Assembly (NCBI RefSeq): GCF_006345805.1
Contig: NW_021827228.1
Coordinates: 1 to 10,817 of the forward strand
From: Octopus sinensis
Lineage: Eukaryota
Direction: 5' to 3'
Length of the DNA: 10,817 bases
The translations under genes and the position numbers were made by a program. Positions 1-6,660 of the stretch are shown here, piece by piece (positions within the stretch are counted from its first letter, which is position 1; each line of letters starts with the position of its first letter). The notes under the pieces are model-generated. The model did not search any database. It was given only the letters and a program-made list of their open reading frames with translations, and had not been told where the DNA came from.

Positions 1-76
1 AGCCCGGTCCGGTATTCGAGCTCACAACCTCACGATCGTAAGCTCGACGCTCTAACCACTGAGCCACGCGCCTTCA
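1..76 (-). mobile_element. tRNA-derived SINE 5' head (family D), cut by the window edge
   Basis: Minus strand reads tgaaggcgcgTGGCTCAGTGGttagagcgtcgagcttACGatcgtgaggttgtgaGCTCGAATACCggaccgggct. Pol III A box at 66-56, degenerate B box at 22-11, ACG (Arg) at the anticodon position. Paralogous to 8905-9015. Confidence 0.85.
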
Positions 77-84
77 CTATCAAT

Positions 85-114
<30 letters not shown>
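85..114 (+). repeat. (AAC)10 microsatellite
   Basis: Direct reading; explains the poly-Leu stretch in ORF 30..353. Confidence 0.95.
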
Positions 115-115
<1 letters not shown>

Positions 116-130
116 GGAACAACATTTTGG

Positions 131-240
131 GTGTCGAACTGGCAGTGCTGCTGGCGAATCTCAGGGAATGCCTTGTAGGTCTTACTGTCACTTTTGACTT
201 CGGGTTCAAATCACACCGCGGACAGATTTGCCTTTCATTC
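131..240 (+). mobile_element. Old, diverged family-B SINE head
   Basis: gaactggcag...gggttcaaatcacaccgcggacagatttgcctttcattc aligns by eye with the reverse complement of 895-1004 (gagctggcag...gagttcaaattccgccgaggtcgactttgcttttcatc). Confidence 0.6.
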
Positions 241-276
241 GTCATCATTAAAAAAAATAATAAATAAACACACAAA

Positions 277-353
277 GGCACAGGAATGACTGTGTGGTAA
301 GTAGCTTGCATACCAACCACTTGCATTCCGGGTTCAGTCCCACTGCGTGGCAC
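277..353 (+). mobile_element. Family-A SINE tRNA-like head, truncated just before the CORE-like segment
   Basis: tgtgtggtaagtagcttgcataccaaccac...ccgggttcagtcccactgcgtggcac matches the head of the copy at 5046-5110; B box GGTTCAGTCCC at 331-341. Confidence 0.85.
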
Positions 354-1004
354 TCAGAACGTAACGGCAGACGAAATACCTATTTCTTTACTACCCACAA
401 GGGACTAAACACAGAGAGGACAAACAAGGTCAGACAAACGGTTTAAGTCGATTATATCGACTCCAGTGCGTAACTGGTACTTCATTTATCGACCCCGAAT
501 GGCAAAATCGACCTCGGTGGAATTTGAACTCAGAACGTAGCGGCTGACGAAATACCGCTAAGCTTTTCGCCCGGCGTGCTAACGTTTCTTATTTCTTTAT
601 TGCTTACAGGGGACTAAACCTAAACGGGACAAACAAGGACAGACAAACGGATTAAGTCGATTATATCGATCCCAGTGCGTAACTGGTACTTATTTAATCG
701 ACCCCAAAAGGATGAAAGGCAGAGTCGACCTCGGCGGAATTTGAACTCAGAACGTAGCAGCAGACGAAATACCTATTTTTTTACTACCCACAAGGGGCTA
801 AACACAGAGAGGACAAACAAGGACTGACAAACGGATTAAGTCGATTATATTGATCCCAGTGCGTAACTGGTACTTATTTAATCGACCCCGAAAAGATGAA
901 AAGCAAAGTCGACCTCGGCGGAATTTGAACTCAGAACGTAACGGTGGACGAAATACCGCTAAGCATTTCTCCCAACGTGCTAACGATTCTGCCAGCTCGC
1001 TGCT
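352..1004 (-). mobile_element. Head-to-tail multimer of family-B tRNA-derived SINE (three bodies plus a stub)
   Basis: Minus-strand units 1004-774 (full head; A box tggcagaatcg, B box gagttcaaattcc), 773-590, 589-381 and stub 380-352. The motif ctcagaacgta recurs at 353, 529, 746 and 930. Confidence 0.9.
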
Positions 1005-1034
1005 TTACGACTCTGGAAGTATTAAAAAAGTATG

Positions 1035-1056
1035 GTCGACCTTGGCAGAATTTGAA
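1035..1056 (-). mobile_element. Short family-B B-box fragment
   Basis: gtcgaccttggcagaatttgaa matches gtcgacctcggcggaatttgaa (908-929) with 2 mismatches. Confidence 0.55.
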
Positions 1057-1094
1057 ACTTTCGTTCTATAGAGATGTCAGTAGATAGTTTAAGG

Positions 1095-1313
1095 CAGTGC
1101 TTTTCAAACTTTTTGCTGGAGCGGAACCCCAAGGAAACATTCCACTAGCTCGAGGAACCCTGTGCAATAATTTAATAGTCTTATGCACAGATATCTGCAC
1201 AGAAGAATTAAAAATTACTGCCGATTTTAGCAGTTTTGTAACTTCTTGCGGAACCCCTGGACTGTACTGGCTGAACCCTAAAGTTCCGCGGAACCCTGGT
1301 TGAAAACCCACTG
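1095..1313. mobile_element. Non-autonomous hAT-superfamily DNA transposon (MITE), 219 bp
   Basis: Perfect 8-bp TSD GTTTAAGG at 1087-1094 and 1314-1321. Imperfect TIRs CAGTGCTTTTCAAAC (1095-1109) and GGTTGAAAACCCACTG (1298-1313; reverse complement CAGTGGGTTTTCAACC). An 8-bp TSD with CAG-initiated TIRs is established for hAT/Charlie-like elements. Confidence 0.9.
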
Positions 1314-1369
1314 GTTTAAGGTGTACTGACCGACGATGCTCCACCGTTTATATCAAGCGAACCGCATCG

Positions 1370-1810
1370 TCTACAACAACAACAACAACAACAGGTGCAG
1401 CAGCAATTACAACAGCAGCAACAACACAACAAAAGCAACATCAAACGACACCAGCAACAGCAATTGGCAGGAGCAGAAGCTACAACAACAACAACACGAA
1501 CAAAAACAAGAAGAAGAAGAAGAAGAAGAAGAAGAAGAACAACAACAAAAAACAACAACAACAACAACTACTACTACTACTACTAGTACAAGTGTAGGAA
1601 TAACAGCAGCAGAAACAACAACAGCAACAACAATAATAACGATTTATTCGAAAAGCATTGACTTCAAGAACAGCAACAGCAACAACAACAACAACAAACG
1701 GTTAGAATGACATCAGCGAAAACAGCGAAAAACAAACAACAATAATAGCAACGACATCAAAAACACCGCCAGGACAACAGCAACAACAACAACAACAACA
1801 ACAACCGCAG
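1370..1810 (+). repeat. Compound trinucleotide microsatellite (AAC/CAG/AAG/CTA mosaic)
   Basis: Direct reading; source of the poly-N/Q/E/T/R/L/C ORFs at 1316-1931. Confidence 0.95.
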
Positions 1811-1905
1811 CAATAGTTGAAAAAAAAAACGGAATAACAAAAACACTTCCCTCGCAGCTAATGTTTGTTTCAGATCTGCGTCTGTTCTTCCTAAGAAGTA
1901 TGGTT

Positions 1906-1948
1906 TCAGTTTTTCCCGGCATGCATTGCAAACTGGCGTCTCAGTAGG
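1906..1948 (-). CDS. Candidate terminal coding exon D (xLLRRQFAMHAGKN*)
   Basis: Strong minus-strand acceptor: T20 (1985-1966) then cacgttcttctctccAG (AG at 1950-1949). The phase-2 frame ends in TGA at 1908-1906 and is compatible with the exon-B donor at 8213. No good donor downstream. Inference only. Confidence 0.35.
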
Positions 1949-2040
1949 CTGGAGAGAAGAACGTGAAAAAAAAAAAAAAAAAAAATGGATGCCAGCGGCC
2001 ATAATTGATTCTCATCCAGTTTTCTCTTTGACTTAAAAAC

Positions 2041-2283
2041 ATACACACACACACACACACATACGCACACATACATACATACATAAACACACATACATAC
2101 ATACACACATGCATACCTACATGTATAAATACACGCATTACATACACACACAAATCCATTCGTTCACACAAACGTACATGCATATTTTAATTCATACTTA
2201 CACACACACACATATATACTCAACATACGCATGTATACATACATATACCTATATATATATGTATGATATATATGTATATATTA

Positions 2284-2314
<31 letters not shown>

Positions 2315-2378
2315 GTATATATATATGTATATATAATATGTATATTATATGTATATATTTATATGTATTACATATATG

Positions 2379-2450
<72 letters not shown>

Positions 2451-2467
2451 TATATATATATATATAG

Positions 2468-2510
<43 letters not shown>

Positions 2511-2540
2511 ATGTGTATGTGTGTGTGTGTGGTGTGTGTA
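2041..2540. repeat. Compound CA/CATA - TA - TG microsatellite
   Basis: Direct reading; source of the HT/YI/CV ORFs. Confidence 0.95.
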
Positions 2541-2831
2541 TTAATTCAGAAACATAAATGCATATACGCAAATCTACACATACTCACGCATCAACAAACT
2601 CCCATACGTAAGTACACTTATGCTCAAACTCGTACACAGAAAAAAAAATTTATGGATCCACGCGCGCGTACACATACGCACACACACGTCAACACACATA
2701 GCTATATACACATCCACAGAGATACTCTTATAAACGCAATCCGTTATTGTTGTAACATTATTGTTACGATTTTTTGCTAACTATTCCAGCCAACGACATA
2801 GCAGCTAAATAGACATAGCAGCTAAATCACC

Positions 2832-2834
<3 letters not shown>

Positions 2835-2883
<49 letters not shown>
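2835..2883 (+). repeat. (TAA)~16 microsatellite
   Basis: Direct reading; left flank of the 2884-3429 element. Confidence 0.95.
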
Positions 2884-2884
<1 letters not shown>

Positions 2885-3453
2885 CAGTACCAGGCAGTGG
2901 CTCTCATGGCTTCTGATCTTAACTGATTGGAAGTGTCATCATGTACATTGTTTTGTCTTGGTATAAAAGATGGGCTACAGCAAATATTCTGCTCAATACC
3001 ACAGATTTGCTTGTCAGTTGTTTGACCTTAACCAGTTGAGCATGTCCCTTAGTGGCTGATGATATGTGCATCTCTGATCACGAGCAGAAGTAGTGGGGGA
3101 GCATCATAGCCATGTGTTGAGAGGGATTCTTTGGGGTTTGAATAATTCACCTCTGGAAATATGGGTGGTTTTTTCAACATCCTTAAACAACCCTTATTCA
3201 GGGACCGTTTGAGCGGGATGGGCTACTCAACCTGAAGAAAATTCTAACTGGGCCCCACCTGCAAGGTCATGTGCTGTTTATCTTGATATGAGATGACCAT
3301 GTCGCGCACATATGGTTGTGATGCATGAGCCTGGTGTACCCTTATCAGACGGGTAGTCATGATGGGTATATTGGGCTTCGTATATTTTACCCCAGTGTCA
3401 CTTTGATGGCATGAACTGCTCTCTCACTCAATAATAATAATAATAATAATAAT
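2884..3453 (+). mobile_element. ~550-bp non-coding interspersed element bounded on both sides by (TAA)n; probably a non-LTR retroelement 3' part or non-autonomous derivative
   Basis: A complex sequence (gcagtaccaggcagtggctctc...gctctctcactc) starts directly after (TAA)n at 2884 and ends directly before (AAT)8 at 3430-3453. No long ORF. I recall it as a common octopus repeat; the clade is not verified. Confidence 0.65.
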
Positions 3454-3505
3454 GGCTTCAAACTTTGCAACAAGGGCAGTCATTTTGGGGGAGGGGATGT
3501 GTCGA
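3454..3505 (-). mobile_element. 3' tail fragment of a B-related SINE variant (family C)
   Basis: Minus strand reads tcgacacatcccctcccccaaaatgactgcccttgttgcaaagtttgaagcc then (ATT)n. It begins at the TCGAC hairpin arm seen in family B but has a different tail. The family is recalled from memory; there is no second copy in the window. Confidence 0.5.
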
Positions 3506-3642
3506 TTTTGCCTTTCCTCCTTTCGGGGTCGGTAAATTAAGTACCAGTTACGCACTGGGGTCGCTGTAATTAGCTTAATCCCTTTGTCTGTCCTTGTTTG
3601 TCCCCTGTATGTTTAGCCCCTTGTGGGCAATAAAGAAATAGG
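3501..3642 (+). mobile_element. Family-B SINE body and tail, headless
   Basis: ttgcctttcctcctttcggggtcggtaaattaagtaccagttacgcactgggg...ccccttgtgggcaataaagaaatagg is the reverse complement of the bodies at 381-910. Confidence 0.9.
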
Positions 3643-3651
3643 AAACTTTTA

Positions 3652-3779
3652 TCCCAAGCACACGGTTCCGGGTTCAATCCCATTATTATAGCCTCGTGCT
3701 GACCAAAGCATCGTGAGAGGATTTGGTAGATGGAAACACCGCCTTATGTGTGTGTGAGTGAGAGTGTGTGTGTGTGTGT

Positions 3780-3813
<34 letters not shown>

Positions 3814-4037
3814 GTGTGTGTTGTGTCTGTGTTTGTTCCCACCTCCGCTTGACAACCGGTGCTGATGTACTTACCTCCCTGTAAATAACTGTTCGGGAAA
3901 AAGGGGCCGATACAATAAGTATCAGGCTTAAAAGAAATCAATAACCACTAGGGTCAGGGTCTATTCATTCGGCTAAAAATTCTTCTAGGCGGTGCCCCAG
4001 CATGGCCTCAGTTTAATGATAGAAACAAGTAAACGTA
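3652..4037 (+). mobile_element. Older family-A SINE with an internal deletion and internal (TG)n
   Basis: B box ggttcaatccc (3671-3681) joins almost directly to tatagcctc, so the gcaccttgggcaagtgtcttc part is missing. Then gatttggtagatggaaac, (TG)n 3746-3826, cgcttgacaaccg, and tail ggcggtgccccagcatggcc...gaaacaagtaaa. Confidence 0.85.
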
Positions 4038-4349
4038 ATTTGTACTTTTATACGACATATCACATTTTAAATTATAACATTTAAATACCAAAAAAAAACC
4101 CCCAGAAAAGAAGGAAATATAAAATAAAAAGGAAAAGAAATAAGGTAAAGCAGCTGCAGACAGGGGGCGATGGGCCACATATCCCGGACCAAATGGTGTG
4201 CTCAACCGCGACCCGTGATAACGACTGTAATAGTATTGCCACAGAGAATGGCCAGCGTCAATCGTTACCGCAGCCACTCCACCTAGCGGGGCTCATTTCT
4301 CCGACGGGCCACCGTTACTACTTTTTAGCAGAGGAAATCGGTAGTATAT

Positions 4350-4462
4350 GGTCCAAGAACACCGAGGCTATAGTAGAAGACACTTACACAAAGTGCCACG
4401 CAGTGGGACTGAACCCGGAACCATGTGGTTCGTAAGCAAGCTACTTACCACACAACCTCTCT
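4350..4462 (-). mobile_element. Family-A SINE head plus start of the CORE-like segment
   Basis: ccgaggctatagtagaagacactt...gtgccacgcagtgggactgaacccggaaccatgtggtt...gctacttaccacac is the reverse complement of 5050-5146. Confidence 0.9.
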
Positions 4463-5045
4463 CCCTTATAATATCTTGACCAGTATCTAGCACTCCTTTC
4501 TTTTTCTCTTTTTATTTTCTTTCCCTTCCCCCTCTACTCTAGCCGTTAAGAATACCACTCTCCTTATTCCTGTGACCAACACCACCCTCTCCCATACATA
4601 CTTCTTCCTTCCTTCTAATATTCTTATTCATTCATTCCTCTCTTTAACGACTCCTCCTTATCAGTATAATTCTCAAAATTCATTTATTTTACAAGATCCT
4701 TTTGAATGAACAACGCACGGAATTAATATCTGCACACAATCCATTTGAAATAACAACATATGAATTCTTATCGGACTTTACACATGATGGACAAGAAACC
4801 TCTTTACCTACTTCTACACAACACATTTCTTGGATAACGAAACAGCAACTTTAATATCCAACATGTATTGTTTTTATATTTTCCTTTCATACTTTCTCCA
4901 TTATATCTAATTTATTGTATCTCTCTCCCTCTCCGGAATAACTTCTTAGTTAAGAACTTTACTAATTTCTTCTATAGAAGCCCTTTTAACTCGTCTCTGA
5001 TGATGGGATATCATTTATTTCCCTGCAACAACTGTAAAACCACCA

Positions 5046-5204
5046 AGTGGCTGTGTGGTAAGTATATTGCTTACCAACCACATGGTTCTGGGTTCAGTCC
5101 CACTGCGTAGCACCTTGGGCAAGTGTCTTCTACTATAGCCTCGGGCCGATCAAAGCCTTGTGAGTGGGTTTGGTAGACGGAAACTGAAAGAAGCCTGTCT
5201 TATG

Positions 5205-5260
<56 letters not shown>

Positions 5261-5502
5261 TATATATATATATATATTTATATGGGTGTGTTATGTTGTG
5301 TGTCTGTGTTTGTCCCCCCCAACATCGCTTGACAACCGATACTGGTGTTTACGTCCCTGTAACTTAGCGGTTCGGCAAAAGAGACCGATAGAATAAGTAC
5401 TAGGCTTTCAAAGAATAAGTCTTGGGTCGATTTGCTCGACTAAAAGCGGTGCTCCAGCATGGCCGCAGTCAGATGACTGAAACAAGTAAAAGAGTCAAAG
5501 AG
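5046..5502 (+). mobile_element. Near full-length family-A SINE (tRNA head, CORE-like domain, internal (TA)n, 3' tail)
   Basis: B box GGTTCAGTCCC at 5091-5101. ACCTTGGGCAAGT at 5112-5124 is the best conserved stretch of CORE-SINE/MIR cores. (TA)n at about 5204-5282; tail ends aaaagagtcaaagag. tRNA-derived CORE-SINEs are known from octopus (OR-type); the exact family name is not verified. Confidence 0.92.
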
Positions 5503-5520
5503 CAGGATTGTTTTATTTAG

Positions 5521-5819
5521 CTACCAGATCCACTCACAAGGCTTTCGTCGGCCCGAAAACATACTCACCCAAGGTCCCAGGCATGTGCGTGCGAAAGAGG
5601 GCTGGTGACCTTGACGTGTATCTGTGTAGGTGTGTGGATGTGGGACGGGGAAGTGGTCAGTGCTAGTGTGTGCGTGGTGGTGTGGTGGTGTTGTGTGGTA
5701 TGGTGGTGTATGGTGTGGTGGTGTGGTGTGATGTTGTTGGGATGTGAGGGAGGCGAGAGTGGAGAAAGCAAGGTTGGGGTGAGAAGCAAGGTTCTTACCA
5801 GGCATCCACGTCTGCGTCT
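5521..5819 (-). mobile_element. Family-A SINE split by a ~190-bp GTG/TG-rich low-complexity insert
   Basis: 5521-5576 (ctaccagatccactcacaaggctttcgtcggcccga...cccaaggt) is the CORE-side piece. 5781-5819 (gagaagcaaggttcttaccaggcatccacgtctgcgtc) is the 5' head piece. The B-box region between them is replaced. Confidence 0.65.
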
Positions 5820-5900
5820 ATATATATATATATGAGTGTGTGTGTATGTGTATGTGTGTGGGTGTATGTGTGTGGGTGTATGTGTGTGTTTGTATGTATA
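5820..5900. repeat. TA/TG microsatellite
   Basis: Direct reading. Confidence 0.9.
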
Positions 5901-5902
5901 TC

Positions 5903-6297
5903 TTTAATCATTTGTTTCATGCATTAGACAGTGACCATGCTGGGGCACCACCTTGAGGAACTTTTTAGTTGAATAAATCGACCCCAGCACTTATTTTTTA
6001 AAGCCCAGTGCTTACTCTATCGGTTTCTTTTTGCAAACGAAGTTACAGAGACGCAAACAAACCAACATCGGTTGTCAATTGGCGATGGGGACAAACACAG
6101 ACACAACCCCACCACACACATACGCAGGCATACGCCCCCACCACACGTACATATGTACGACGGGCTTCTTTCAGTTCCCGCCTACCAAATCCACTCCACA
6201 AGGTTTTGGTTGGCTCGAGGCTATAGTAGAAGACATTTGTCCAAGGTTCCACTCAGAGGGGCTGAAACCTGAACCATGTGGTTGGGAAGCCAGCTTA
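5903..6297 (-). mobile_element. Older, near full-length family-A SINE
   Basis: Contains the reverse complements of the tail (ccatgctggggcaccacc), tcggttgtcaa, gggcttctttcagtt, ctaccaaatccactc, gaggctatagtagaagac and the head (gaaccatgtggttgggaagc). Confidence 0.88.
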
Positions 6298-6566
6298 TAC
6301 ATGTATACGAATATTCTTGCATATGTGTATCAATTGTGATAGATTGTGATACATTGTCCAAAATATCTAAGCGGTACTCTACTCCTTTTGTTGCTTTTGA
6401 AAGTGTCAGTGGCCATTGAACAGTGAAAAGTGAAACAATGCACCGAGCCTGAGGACGGAAGCCAAATTAGTGACAGTATCTGGATTCGTGAGTATTGGAA
6501 CTTTGCCGTTGAAGGCGATTGTGTTATCGATTCAGTTATTAATTTTATTAAAGATTTCAATGATAT

Positions 6567-6660
6567 TCATCCATGTTTTGTCCTTGTCAATCCTATTAGT
6601 CTCTCGAAATAGATATTATTCATACAGCCTCCAGGGCAAATGGAGTGACGCTTATTGAAG
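6567..6660 (-). CDS. Candidate coding exon C (xFNKRHSICPGGCMNNIYFERLIGLTRTKHG*), or a 35-nt exon 6660-6626
   Basis: Acceptor ...ttttcttttattgaaccaaattgctacttaAG (AG at 6662-6661; AAG, modest strength). The phase-2 frame is open to TGA at 6569-6567, with AATAAA at 6549-6544. Alternative internal donor GCT|gtatga at 6625. Inference only. Confidence 0.3.

Noticed and set aside
1-76. tRNA-Arg gene (also considered for 8940-9015 and 9350-9426)
   Set aside because: No complete acceptor stem, degenerate B box or arms, and continuation into SINE body sequence; these are SINE heads.
352-1004. CRISPR-like or satellite array
   Set aside because: The units are ~180-230-bp SINE copies with no unique spacers, in a eukaryotic context with no cas genes.
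850-1344. ORFs 850..1071, 1066..1344 and 1097..1303 as genes or a transposase
   Set aside because: They lie within SINE and MITE sequence; 219 bp cannot encode a transposase and there are no recognisable motifs.
1874-1897. Possible plus-strand micro-exon (tttgtttcAG...AAGAA|gtatgg; DLRLFFLR)
   Set aside because: Too short to support, has no partner exons on the plus strand, and overlaps a better-supported minus-strand acceptor region.
1316-1931. ORFs with poly-Q/N/E/T/C/L runs, resembling a low-complexity transcription factor or Cys-rich protein
   Set aside because: They are translations of a compound trinucleotide microsatellite, open in several frames on both strands, with no splice or domain support.
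1941-2780. ORFs rich in YI, HT and CV dipeptides
   Set aside because: Dinucleotide microsatellite artefacts.
6403-6612. Plus-strand exon ending at the GTGAGT donor (6488-6493), and ORF 6430..6612
   Set aside because: All three frames from the best acceptor (ttttgaaAG, 6402-6403) hit stops before the donor; no phase-compatible plus-strand partners were found.
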